Origin: a virus | Length of the DNA: 64,000 bases | Virus record (IMG/VR): IMGVR_UViG_3300014039_000036 | Location: 1,904 to 65,903 of that record | Direction: 5' to 3' (one strand) | Part shown: piece after piece, positions 18,101-27,008 of the stretch | How positions within the stretch are numbered: position 1 is the first letter of the stretch | Layout: every line of letters begins with the position of its first letter | Notes under the pieces: generated by a model | Database searches by the model: none | The model's input: the letters and a program-made list of their open reading frames with translations, nothing else | Told to the model about the DNA's origin: nothing | Program-made: the position numbers and the translations under genes

Positions 18101-20053
18101 GAGGCTGTCCGGCAGGTCGTTGGGGTTGCTGTATCTATTATTTTCAAGGAACTCCTTCCCTTCATCGGTATTGAAGAATTCGAGCGCTCTCATCGCCAGG
18201 GCCTTGTTGTTGCCGTAATCCAACCACTTCTCGGCGGCGCTTCTGCGGGATTTCAGATCGTCGTTGATGGTCTTGGTCCTCATCACATCTCCTGTGGACA
18301 GCCGTCCGGAGGGAGTATAGTTCTGAACGGGCTCCAGACTGAGGGTTCCCGTCTCGATGAACTTCTCCGATACGGAACGGGGGAGAACGGTGAACAGGCG
18401 CACGATGTCTTCCAGATCGGTCTTGTTCTCATCACCCAGCAGATCGTACCAGATGTCGGGATTCTTCTGCACCAGACGAACCGCCATGTTGATGGCATCC
18501 TCATAGGACACGGGTGCATGCTCCTTCAGATACGTATCAGAGTCGGAAAGAGCCTGTTTTCTTTCATCGAGACCTTGTTCGGAATAGCCTGTCTCCGAAT
18601 CAGGCAACGCATATCCCCTCTCGCTCTGCTTTCTGAACAGTTCGTTCCTGAGCTTTTTCCACTCAGGGGCTTTGGGATTATTCGGGTCCTGTTCGAGTGC
18701 GTTCCGGAGCATTTCCATGGTCTTGCGCTCGTCAGGAGTCAACCCGGGATACAACTTGCCCTGATCCGCGTCCTGGGCCACTTCGCGTTTGACGCCCTCA
18801 TCCCTATCCAATTTTCCGACAGCATCCTCGAATGCCTTGAGATGCTTCCGCTTCAGCTTGGCTTCGGGTGTGAGGAAGTCGATCCTCCCGTATATCGGAT
18901 GCCATAGCGCCTCCACCTTCTCTCCTGTCGAGGGATCGATATAGCTGTATGGCCTCGCGATGGACATCCCCGGAGTGGAGTACGGATTGCGATCTTTCAG
19001 AGCCTTCTCCGCGAGCGCCTCATGGACATCGGAACCCACCAGATCATCCTTCAGATCCTTGGTGTCCCTGTACCAGCCCATGCCTCCTCTGTCTATGGCG
19101 TACCGGGGCATCGGAGCTCCGTTCTCGTCCTTGATGCCCATTCCGATGGAATCGGCTTCTCCGAAGATCTTCCCCAGACGCTTCAGCCATGCATCCTTGT
19201 CCCTGTTCTTCAGCTCGGCCTCCTGCGCTCTGTAGAGCCACTCCATGGCCTCGTCCCACGTGGCGCCGTTCTCCAGCATGTCGTTGATGCGCTTGGCATC
19301 CCTCATCTCGCTGAAGGCATTGACGACGTATTCCGAATTCAGAGCATCGGGATTGACCATCATGCCCAGATACGTGTTCCCTTTGTCGTCCTTCCTGATT
19401 AGGGGGATCCTGTTCCCTTTCTCATCCAGTTCGGGTATGTACCTCCCGAGCTTGTCCTTGGCGAGGCGCATCACCGGCTCGCCGTTCCTGTCGAACTTCG
19501 GATTCCCGTTCCTATCCTTCGCCTGGATCTTCTTCAGCCTGTAGGTGATCGGCATGAATCTGGGCGTCGAGAAGGGATCCAGCAGGATCTTCCCGTTGTA
19601 AGGCATCGGCTCCTCCTTGATCTCGCCCGTGGTCGGATCCACATCCGGAACCATCCTGATGATGCCGTCCGCACCCTTCTCCTCCTTGAGCCTCGGTATA
19701 GGCGTGGCCTCATTGCGGGGAACGGGCGAAGGGACTCCGGATTTGGGATCGACCCTCGCATAAGGCAGTCCGGCGGGGAAGTGATACGAATTGACGGTCT
19801 CGCCGGTAGGCGACCTCGCGGTATGGTCCAGCCACGGTCTGTCGCCGGCTCCGCGGTCGGAGTTTCCCGTTCTTCCTCCGTACTTGCGTCTCAGGGATTC
19901 TCCCATGGCTCTGTACTTGGCCATGTTGTAATTCTTCTTCTTCTCGATCGGCCGCTTCTTCAGCTCCGATCCCGTTCCGGACGACTTCTTCAGCTCCGAT
20001 CTCGCGACGAGGGCCTTGTCCAGCTTGGAGAGCATCCTTGCTATGTCGGCCAT
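15104..20053 (-). CDS. Giant (~1650 aa) uncharacterised protein, possible internal virion/ejection protein
   Basis: Long coherent ORF; start MADIAR at 20053; no catalytic motif recognised; internal peptide repeats. Confidence 0.75.
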   Translation of the reverse strand: MADIARMLSKLDKALVARSELKKSSGTGSELKKRPIEKKKNYNMAKYRAMGESLRRKYGGRTGNSDRGAGDRPWLDHTARSPTGETVNSYHFPAGLPYARVDPKSGVPSPVPRNEATPIPRLKEEKGADGIIRMVPDVDPTTGEIKEEPMPYNGKILLDPFSTPRFMPITYRLKKIQAKDRNGNPKFDRNGEPVMRLAKDKLGRYIPELDEKGNRIPLIRKDDKGNTYLGMMVNPDALNSEYVVNAFSEMRDAKRINDMLENGATWDEAMEWLYRAQEAELKNRDKDAWLKRLGKIFGEADSIGMGIKDENGAPMPRYAIDRGGMGWYRDTKDLKDDLVGSDVHEALAEKALKDRNPYSTPGMSIARPYSYIDPSTGEKVEALWHPIYGRIDFLTPEAKLKRKHLKAFEDAVGKLDRDEGVKREVAQDADQGKLYPGLTPDERKTMEMLRNALEQDPNNPKAPEWKKLRNELFRKQSERGYALPDSETGYSEQGLDERKQALSDSDTYLKEHAPVSYEDAINMAVRLVQKNPDIWYDLLGDENKTDLEDIVRLFTVLPRSVSEKFIETGTLSLEPVQNYTPSGRLSTGDVMRTKTINDDLKSRRSAAEKWLDYGNNKALAMRALEFFNTDEGKEFLENNRYSNPNDLPDSLPGYFDHDKMALIDAAVIILNEEGMEDERRRGVRNAERARSASELYRNVLDDAYDVPLPAGTTFTTPEGSPERDDELRAKQLEVLNRFGGLLNTLRNHTRRGYADKAEAVIKQVMDAYPGLTKESIVPFLEDIKEKQNTYQSLDPLSKDSQFYRTMSEMLGENPDAKTYGLAGAMKNQYGENWEDEVWGEMLRKLPTEVVHASNRLADFTRNVPIPDSKTKTLIATLKRLSQGDADSIYAQWADSLSKLSEARAEMNARVNEKLDENKTKFRDEKFKPSVEGLAEYLYSLSKKAVPSSPETIQMDENGKMAGFSPISDYETKADMSELYKFLADQLTTESSMAQPKFWPHYDDHPGIRRLAESAFRHKDVNSIWSDLENEAESTRDPIMRRMADAVGSYVDMMRQKRAYSDDTDLLEDKDLSKEGEWTEVMPEFRKLLQKKGFQGFDDLDFGNVDYGPMKYLVGDIGYDEVKGNRQANITDEEWMDMLPSDQQKFMNTAVQPGDEGYAEKRIVRQLIPKKSENLKPDKTYDIQNAYEKRENEDKPSEGDRRNWHNSNERERNLLQMLGGDTFKVNQYQASVQQQEARLGNGDDPSEIVTPLTDEDRALAAKAAEERKKLEAKNADDSSKTNADDSSKTNADDSVENLPKVAPDQNVPVRYQGKNLIDQGKIIGAQTKENKDKIVEDKSLSFDGREADKWKSGSEYNKTLDKKFTESDRNNRVRIMDEMRNMSLRDMMDSIAKNTGKDGHPYGAPIGGSVFAFGCVPVRMGGDGRERGMPADIPTAKTNDEGLTKKEISLKTGDKGSDKIEKGYFDKLVDGPVTGNDLRIGGSDDGADDLRIGGSDDYQGDLRAGGSDDGADDLRIGGSDDYPGILRVGGGLDAETARMIRNDNMKNNDYITFDNGYGIHNYTTKDDSPTYTNPSYRRGMSRTASTSSSVDDSPTYTNPSYGVLKSIRKSLYASDAGHIAEWPVPFRKYIQQNHPEIPDCDLQDYISSEW
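15254..15635 (-). repeat. Intragenic repeats: 34-bp duplicate (DDSPTYTNPSY x2) and D(L)R(I/A/V)GGSDD x5
   Basis: Identical 34-mers at 15254-15287 and 15329-15362; peptide repeat array at about 15470-15635. Confidence 0.85.
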
Positions 20054-20256
20054 CGTCTGATCCCCCTCAGGCATTTGTCGTAGCGTGCTTTCATCACGCG
20101 CTTCATCATCTCGCCTATCGTCATATCCTTATCGTTCGGGTCGTCCTCTTCGGACTCCCCCTTGCACGCATCCATCACGGACTCGCGCACCGGCTCCTCG
20201 GGCTCTCCATCGTCGCAGACGGCGATGCTCACCTCTATCCTCTCAGCCTTCTCCAT
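20053..20256 (-). CDS. Small acidic protein
   Basis: Ends at CGA 20053-20055 overlapping the ATG of the giant gene. Confidence 0.55.
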
Positions 20257-20262
20257 ATCCGT

Positions 20263-20607
20263 TCAAATACCCCTGCAGCATGGACGAAACCCGTCGGGTC
20301 CGCAGCCCGCGTCATGTGCGGACCCGCACCCGTCGTCGATCTCTATGGTGATGTCCATCGCAGGGCTCTGTATGAGCAGGCCCTGCGGAGTGACCGCCAT
20401 CGCCCTGATGTCATGCACTTCGATGACATTGCGTTTGCGGTCCTGCGCGTACTCGATGCGCAGGTCCGCGGTCCTCACGCGACGGCAGACCTTCATGGAC
20501 AGGGAGAGCCTCATGTCCTTCTGGGTGACCATCGCGGTGCCCTCGCAGGCATCGCGACGGAACATGGACGAGAGGCTCCTCGCGTTGTCCTCGGTTATCG
20601 GTATCAT
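20263..20607 (-). CDS. Hypothetical protein
   Basis: Tightly packed between neighbouring genes. Confidence 0.6.
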   Translation of the reverse strand: MIPITEDNARSLSSMFRRDACEGTAMVTQKDMRLSLSMKVCRRVRTADLRIEYAQDRKRNVIEVHDIRAMAVTPQGLLIQSPAMDITIEIDDGCGSAHDAGCGPDGFRPCCRGI

Positions 20608-20608
20608 C

Positions 20609-22435
20609 TCATCCCTTCACGATGAGGATGCTCGGCACGGTCAGGGACGACGGCTGGGACTTCGCCCAGATGTACACTCCGCCTTCGAACGTCTCGCATA
20701 CCGGGGAGTACCTTCCGCTCACGGCATCGTCCTGGGAGAAGGACACGGTGGCGATATCCGAGGACGACACCGAGCTGTTCGAGTAGGTCCCCTTGTAGCC
20801 GTATGCGGTGTTCGAAGCATCCGCGACCCAGGTGAACGAGGCGTTCGAGACGATGAGGCACTTCTTCTGGCATTCGGAGACCTTGGTGTCCACGTAGGTC
20901 GTGGCGGCCTTGGCGTTCAGCTCCGTCTTGGTGGCGTAGGTGCTCGTTATGACGTTGCCGGCCGCATCCTGCGTCGCCATCGTGGCGGAGGATGCGCTGG
21001 TCGCGGTGGTAGCCTTGGCCGCGCTGTCCGCCTCATCGGCCTTCGTGGCCCTGGCGACGGTGCCGCACGCGGTGGGGACACCGTTGTTCAGATAGATCGG
21101 GGTGCTCGCGCTTCCGACGGTCTCCGAGAGGGCGGCCTTGTCCTGCTTCGCAGTGCCTACGAGCACCTTGCCCGCTCCCGCGGGTATCGCGCCCGCCGAG
21201 ACCAGTCCGCTGAGGTCCACGGTCTCCGAGAGCTTGTCCCATCCCTCGTCGGTATAGAGGATGTTCGCACCCTTGGGTACGGTGATGGTCTCGCCATTGA
21301 GTATCGGGAGATCGAAGGGCTCGGAGACGTTCCACACGCCTCCGACCTCGGGATTCGTGGGCACGGTGGCGGTGCTCCCCTTGATCATATAGACGCCCTT
21401 CAGGCTGCTGGTGCCAGTGGCGATGGCGGTCTTGACCTGTGCGGCCGTGACCAGCTTGTCGGTCCCTTCCTCGATGGAGGCCGCCACGTCGCGGGAGGCC
21501 GCGGTTCCGAGTCCGAGGTCGCATGCCACCGGGACTCCGCCCTGGAAGTACACGGGCGTGTTGGAGCTTCCGCCGTCGGAAGTGAGCTTCTTCGCGGACG
21601 CGGCGGCATCGTCCTTGCCGAGCTTGTTCGCGATGTCCTTGACGACCGTATTCAGATTCGCCTTGTCGTCCTTGGACATCAGACCGTTCTCGGATGTCGA
21701 AGCGACGGCGGTGGACGCCTTCCCGTTCAACGCGGCCGTGACAGTCTTGTTCTGCACGGGATTGGTGCTGGATGCGTCCAGGGTTGAATCGACCTCGATC
21801 TTGCTTCCGGCTTCGACCGTGCAGCTGATGGTGTTGCCGGAGATCGATATCCCTTCGCCCGCCTTGAGCGTATCCTGCTTGCCGTTCACCGCGTTCGTGA
21901 GCTCCGTTATCTTCGAACCGTAGCCGGTGTATGTCGAGACCAGGGACGAGGTTATGCCGGAGTCGACCGCGGCCTTCTGAGCCGTGCTCAGAGCATCCTG
22001 CTTCCCCGCCGCGTATCCGTCGTACTGCTTCACCTTGTCCGCGGTGATGCCCGAGTCCGTCGCCTTCAGCCGCTCGTCGGAGAGCTGAGCCTGCTTGCCT
22101 GCGACATCCGTCTTCAGGGTCTTGATGTCGCTCTCGGTCGCGGTGATGCGGTTCTCGGTCGCGGTGATGCGGTTCTGGTTGTCTGCGATCTGTCCGGACG
22201 CCGTTTCGAGTTCTCCCTCGAAGCTCCCGACGCGGGGGTCGCAATCCTCCCATATCGGGTTCCCCGCGTCGTCCGTTCCGGTGCATCTTCTGAGCACGCC
22301 GTCGATGAGGGCGACGTCCCCGACCTTCGGTGCCGAGGGAGCGGAATCTCCGATGAGCCGCCCCTGTGCGGTGGAGTAGACCTCCCCCCTCACGTTGACA
22401 TCCGACCTGAATGTGTAGACCTTTGGATCAGCCAT
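20609..22435 (-). CDS. Tail/head fibre protein A
   Basis: Ala/Thr-rich; coiled-coil NRITATE repeats; VDSTLDASSTNPVQNK and GLMSKDDKANL fibre modules; own TATA (ATATAAAG at 22457-22464). Confidence 0.7.
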   Translation of the reverse strand: MADPKVYTFRSDVNVRGEVYSTAQGRLIGDSAPSAPKVGDVALIDGVLRRCTGTDDAGNPIWEDCDPRVGSFEGELETASGQIADNQNRITATENRITATESDIKTLKTDVAGKQAQLSDERLKATDSGITADKVKQYDGYAAGKQDALSTAQKAAVDSGITSSLVSTYTGYGSKITELTNAVNGKQDTLKAGEGISISGNTISCTVEAGSKIEVDSTLDASSTNPVQNKTVTAALNGKASTAVASTSENGLMSKDDKANLNTVVKDIANKLGKDDAAASAKKLTSDGGSSNTPVYFQGGVPVACDLGLGTAASRDVAASIEEGTDKLVTAAQVKTAIATGTSSLKGVYMIKGSTATVPTNPEVGGVWNVSEPFDLPILNGETITVPKGANILYTDEGWDKLSETVDLSGLVSAGAIPAGAGKVLVGTAKQDKAALSETVGSASTPIYLNNGVPTACGTVARATKADEADSAAKATTATSASSATMATQDAAGNVITSTYATKTELNAKAATTYVDTKVSECQKKCLIVSNASFTWVADASNTAYGYKGTYSNSSVSSSDIATVSFSQDDAVSGRYSPVCETFEGGVYIWAKSQPSSLTVPSILIVKG

Positions 22436-22523
22436 GAATCATGGATGGCGCGGAGGATATAAAGAACAGGAACCCCGCCTGAGGGCGGGTAACGGGTTTG
22501 ATGTTCACGGTTCGTGTACAGAC

Positions 22524-23009
22524 TCAGTGCTTGTTGAGCTCGTTGAGGACGGGAACAGGCTCGGCAGGCTGCTCGGCAGGCTGCTCGGCGACGATGCCCT
22601 TGAGGGCGTCCTTCGTCTTGGCCTTGTCCCTGGAGGACTCCAGCACCGTGCGGAGAAAAGCATCGCCCGCCAGTCCGCAGATGATGGAGATGATGAACAC
22701 GAGTCCGGCGCAGTCGTAGAAGGTGCTGCCGTCCACGATCCCGGCTCCGATGATCCATCCGCTCACGTAGAACGTGGCGATGATTCCCAGAACGATGGTG
22801 GTGACGTTCTGGATGATGTAGTTGAAGCCGTAGTCCATGGCTTCTCCCTTGTCGCGGGCGACCTCCTTGGCCTTGGCCCTGTACTCGCTGATCCCCTTGG
22901 TGAAGGTGATGATCGCGATGACGAGGAAGGCGAGGACGAGCAGCTTCGCGACGTATCCGCTGTCGATGTTGAGGATCGTATCGACCGTATCGACGTAATC
23001 TGTTGCCAT
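22524..23009 (-). CDS. Multi-pass membrane protein (holin-like candidate)
   Basis: 3-4 hydrophobic segments and a charged C-tail; start MATDYV. Confidence 0.5.
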   Translation of the reverse strand: MATDYVDTVDTILNIDSGYVAKLLVLAFLVIAIITFTKGISEYRAKAKEVARDKGEAMDYGFNYIIQNVTTIVLGIIATFYVSGWIIGAGIVDGSTFYDCAGLVFIISIICGLAGDAFLRTVLESSRDKAKTKDALKGIVAEQPAEQPAEPVPVLNELNKH

Positions 23010-23107
23010 TCTGTCAACTCCTATTATCAGCATGATCTCGACCGTCGTCCCGGTCAACCTCCCCTCCCACGCGAGGCGGGAGGAGAGGGACCAGACGAAC
23101 AGTCCGA

Positions 23108-25078
23108 TCAAGGTTTCTTCTTGGCCTCCTTGGCGGCCTTGGCTGCATCGAGCTTGCCCTTGACGAGCTTGTAGTTCATCGGGGATGCGGGAGCCACGGC
23201 GAGAGCGACGGCTCCGAGGACCACGATGACGATGACCACGAGGGCGATCTGCCCAGAGGTGGTCTCGAAGAACCCGGGCTCCTCGGGAGCCTGAGGCGCG
23301 ATGGACCTGTAGATGGCCACGAAGGTCACATCTCCGGTGTAGGCGTACTCCATGGGGTCCACATAGTCGGAGGTCCCGGCTACGACCCATCCCTGGAACT
23401 CGTATCCCTCGCGGTAGGTGGCGGGAACGGTCAGAGAGTCGGACTTCTGGGTGACATCGGTCTTGCCCTCGATCTGGAAGGTGACGTTGAAGGAAGCCTC
23501 CTCGGCGATGGCCTCGACGGTCGTGTTCTCGTTGATGAGGGTCTCGAAATCGAAGTCCCATGCCTTGAATCCCTCGGGGAGAGCAGGGATCTGCTCGGCG
23601 GGGATGGCGGTGCCTTCGAGGACGGTGATCTTCGCGACCTCGGTCTCTCCGGCGACGAATGCGACATCGTAGTAGATGTTGTCCCTGAGCTGGATGGTCA
23701 TGGGTCCGGTGACAGGCACGGAAGCGTCGAAGTTCCACCTCTTGTCCTTCTCGGGGAAGGCCTCGGGGATGACAGGGACCTTGTCGGCGGGGATGAGCTG
23801 ACCGTGCTCCACCTGGATGGTGACGTTCATGGCGGCGTACATCACTCCGAAGTCGAAGGTGACGTCGTAGACCTTGAGGGCTCCCTTGACGACGACGTTC
23901 TCGACGATGGCGTCATCGGCGTTGAAGTCCCACTTGTCGTAGCCCTCGGGGAGGGCGGGGATCTGGTTCTCGGCGAGCTTCTCGCCCTTGATGACCTCGA
24001 CGGTGGCGACGGTCTCGTCTCCGGCGACGAAGGTCACGGTGCACTTGAGGACCTCCGCGACGGCGTAGAACCTCATGTCGGGTCCGGTGATGGTGACGGG
24101 AGAGCCGACGACCTTTCCGTCCTTGTCGGCCCATGCGACGAAGCCCTCGGGGAGGGCGGGGAGGTCGATCTGACCCATGTACTCGGAGGATCTCTCCGCG
24201 ACGACGGTCTCGCCGTTCATGAAGAAGACCTTGTAGGTGAGAGGGGCGAAGACCGCATACAGAGTAGTGTCCTCGGTGAAGACCACTTTAGCGTCGATCT
24301 TGCTGTCCTCAGTGAGTGCTATGATGGCTTCCTTAGAATCATTCACAGTGGACCATCCAAGGAAATTATAATGCTCCTTGGAAGGTGCAGCGGGCACTTC
24401 GCGCTTGATGGAATCAGTGGTTGCACCGTAGGTGGAATCTCCATTGACGAAAGTGATCTTGTAGATGGGTGTGAGCTCAAGAACGAGCGTTGCGGATTTG
24501 GTCAGGTCGGTAACGTGGACAGCGGTAGAGTCGCTCGAAATCTCAACGGATCCGGCTTCCTTGCCATCCTTGTCTACAAGCTTTCCGATCTCGAACTTAG
24601 TCTGATCGATATTCTTCAGAGCCTCGATGAGAGCCTTGTATGCATCAGACTCAGTGGAGATGGCACTATCTTTGACAATGCACTTGAACGAATCCTCGCC
24701 GACAGTGATGGTGATGTAGATGTTCTCATCAAGAACCGCAGTGAGAGTAGCATTACCATTGGAATCGGCAGTGAGAGCGCTTACGAGGTATTCCTGACCT
24801 GCAACGAACTTGGCGCTACCGCTCTGCCAGTATTCAAATGCCTTTTCGGAAGAAAGGCTCAGCTCGGCGGGAGCGGGCGCGACGAAGGGGGTCGCACCCT
24901 CAGCGAGCTTCCTCGTTGCGGACTCACCGTCCATCACATAAGTGATGGTTTTGACGGCAACGGAGTCTTCTCCGTCGGCAGAGGCATCCTCTGCGACGAA
25001 GACCACCGACCCGGCGAGAGCCAGCATCGCGAATACGCTGAATGCGATTATGGCCTTGTAATCAGTCATGACTATCAT
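23108..25078 (-). CDS. Membrane-anchored adhesin-like protein with Listeria-Bacteroides (Flg_new/InlB B) repeats
   Basis: Signal peptide; repeats (Y/C)xVTFxxG...PxxPxxEGYxFxGW; C-terminal TM helix and Lys-rich tail. Confidence 0.75.
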   Translation of the reverse strand: MIVMTDYKAIIAFSVFAMLALAGSVVFVAEDASADGEDSVAVKTITYVMDGESATRKLAEGATPFVAPAPAELSLSSEKAFEYWQSGSAKFVAGQEYLVSALTADSNGNATLTAVLDENIYITITVGEDSFKCIVKDSAISTESDAYKALIEALKNIDQTKFEIGKLVDKDGKEAGSVEISSDSTAVHVTDLTKSATLVLELTPIYKITFVNGDSTYGATTDSIKREVPAAPSKEHYNFLGWSTVNDSKEAIIALTEDSKIDAKVVFTEDTTLYAVFAPLTYKVFFMNGETVVAERSSEYMGQIDLPALPEGFVAWADKDGKVVGSPVTITGPDMRFYAVAEVLKCTVTFVAGDETVATVEVIKGEKLAENQIPALPEGYDKWDFNADDAIVENVVVKGALKVYDVTFDFGVMYAAMNVTIQVEHGQLIPADKVPVIPEAFPEKDKRWNFDASVPVTGPMTIQLRDNIYYDVAFVAGETEVAKITVLEGTAIPAEQIPALPEGFKAWDFDFETLINENTTVEAIAEEASFNVTFQIEGKTDVTQKSDSLTVPATYREGYEFQGWVVAGTSDYVDPMEYAYTGDVTFVAIYRSIAPQAPEEPGFFETTSGQIALVVIVIVVLGAVALAVAPASPMNYKLVKGKLDAAKAAKEAKKKP

Positions 25079-25198
25079 TTTCCCATCCTCTTCGGACCCT
25101 GTGCGACGGTCGTTTCGAGAGGATGCGCATCAATCGCAGGTTAGCGATATAAAAGAGTATGAACGGAGGGTCCGAAGACCCCCCGAAAGGGTTTGATA

Positions 25199-26890
25199 TC
25201 AGCGGAGACCGACGATGCTGACGGTTCCGTTGAAGGCCTCGGAGAATTCGAGGCTGACGCTGCCGCCGGAGATGGCGATGCCGCACTGGACGACGTTGCC
25301 GTTTCCGTCGAGGACCTGCGCCATGAGGGCGGTGGTCAGGCCGGAGGCCACGGAGAGCGCGGTGTTGGCGGTCGCGGTGACGGCCTTGCTGACGGCCACG
25401 ACGGGGCACTGCTCCAGGGGCAGGGTGCCGGTGGTCTTGCTGAAGGGGATCTTGTCGGGCAGGTCGGAGACCTCGAGAGCCGCTCCCGCGGTGACGAGTC
25501 CCTTCGCGTCGTAGGTGATCTTGCAGGCGGTGCCGGCGGTGATGTCGGCGTTCTTGGCGACCTTTCCGTCCGCGGCGGTCTTGGCGGCGTCCGCGGCCTC
25601 CTGAGCGGTCGTGATGAGGTCCGCGTATCCATCGTAGGTTCCGACCTTGGCAGCGGTGATCCCCGAGTTCGCGGCGGCGAGCTGGGCCTCGGTGAGGGTG
25701 GCCTGCTTGTCCTTGACGGCGTTCTGGATGGCGGTGGTGACCTCGGTCGTCTTGGCGTAGGCGGAGAGGTCGGTGACTCCTCCGAGAGCATCCCACTTGC
25801 CATCCTGCGCATCTCCCTCGGTGGCGACATAGACGACGTTGGTTCCCGCAGGATAGTTCTTCCCGTTGTCGGTGAAGGCGGCGGTGATGTTATAGACATC
25901 TCCGACTTCCGCGGAGGCGGGGAGCTCGGAAACGGATGCCAGAGTTCCCTTGACCTTGTACACGGACGAGAGCTCGGTCTTCTTGGCGTATCCGGACAGG
26001 TCGATGTTGACGGCCTTGTCGGTGACGGTCAGAGCGGTTCCGTCGACCTTGACTGCTTCGATGACATTGACCTGCGCACCGGCGGCGATACCCGTGAGCT
26101 TGGTCTTCTCCTCGGTCGTGTAGTCGTTGGTGGACAGTCCCTTTCCGGTGACCTTGTCGACCTTGCCGGCGAGAGCCGTCTCGACCTCGGTCTTGACGGC
26201 CGCGGCATCGGCGGTGGCCTTGACTGCGGCGATAGCGGTCGTGTTGTCGGCGACGTCCTTGCAGAGTCCGGTGGCGGCTACGTCTCCGGATGCCTTGGCT
26301 CCGACGGTGGTCTTCAGAGCGGAGATGTCCTCGGTCTGGGTTCCCGTGGTGGCCTGCAGGGTCTCGATGGCCGTGGCGTTGGCCGCGGCGGAGTTCTTCG
26401 CGGCGGTGGCGTCGGTCTGAGCGGCCTCGGCCGCGGATTTCGCGTCGGCCGCGGATTTCGCGTTCTTGGCGATGTCCGCGGTGTTCTTGGCGATCCTGGC
26501 GTAGGCGGAGCCCTCGGCGTTCGCCTCGTCCTCGGCGGTTCCGAGTCCGGCCTCCAGGTTCGCGATCTTCGTGCTGATGGAGTTCTCCCCGGTGCCTCCC
26601 TGTCCGAGAGCGGCCTGCAGATCGAGGACGTCCTTGACCAGTCCCTTGCTGGAGTCTCCGACTGCGGTCTTCAGAGTGCCGATGTCGCTTTTGTTGGTCT
26701 GCACCTGGGCATCGTCGGCGTACTTGACCCATTTGGTCCCGTTGTACGTCTGGAGGACGCCCTCGAACTCGACGACCTGTCCGGGGAAGGCGTTCTCCGT
26801 GGGCAGAGCCGTGACGGTCTCGAACTTGACGTTCTTGACCGCGTTCGTCTTCATGTCGATATCGACATAGAATTCCTGTTTCTTCGCCAT
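25199..26890 (-). CDS. Fibre protein B
   Basis: Coiled coils; GKGLSTNDYTTEEKTKLTGIAAGAQVNVIE; GDVYN...G.NVV...WDALGG modules typical of gut-virus fibres. Confidence 0.72.
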   Translation of the reverse strand: MAKKQEFYVDIDMKTNAVKNVKFETVTALPTENAFPGQVVEFEGVLQTYNGTKWVKYADDAQVQTNKSDIGTLKTAVGDSSKGLVKDVLDLQAALGQGGTGENSISTKIANLEAGLGTAEDEANAEGSAYARIAKNTADIAKNAKSAADAKSAAEAAQTDATAAKNSAAANATAIETLQATTGTQTEDISALKTTVGAKASGDVAATGLCKDVADNTTAIAAVKATADAAAVKTEVETALAGKVDKVTGKGLSTNDYTTEEKTKLTGIAAGAQVNVIEAVKVDGTALTVTDKAVNIDLSGYAKKTELSSVYKVKGTLASVSELPASAEVGDVYNITAAFTDNGKNYPAGTNVVYVATEGDAQDGKWDALGGVTDLSAYAKTTEVTTAIQNAVKDKQATLTEAQLAAANSGITAAKVGTYDGYADLITTAQEAADAAKTAADGKVAKNADITAGTACKITYDAKGLVTAGAALEVSDLPDKIPFSKTTGTLPLEQCPVVAVSKAVTATANTALSVASGLTTALMAQVLDGNGNVVQCGIAISGGSVSLEFSEAFNGTVSIVGLR

Positions 26891-27008
26891 TGCAATAGCT
26901 CCTGACGTGGATGAGGCTCCGATGCCTCTTCCGTCGCCTCGCTCAACGTCGCATGAGTTGATAAATCCGATATAAGGAAGGAGGGCATACGCCCTCCGAT
27001 AAGGGGTT

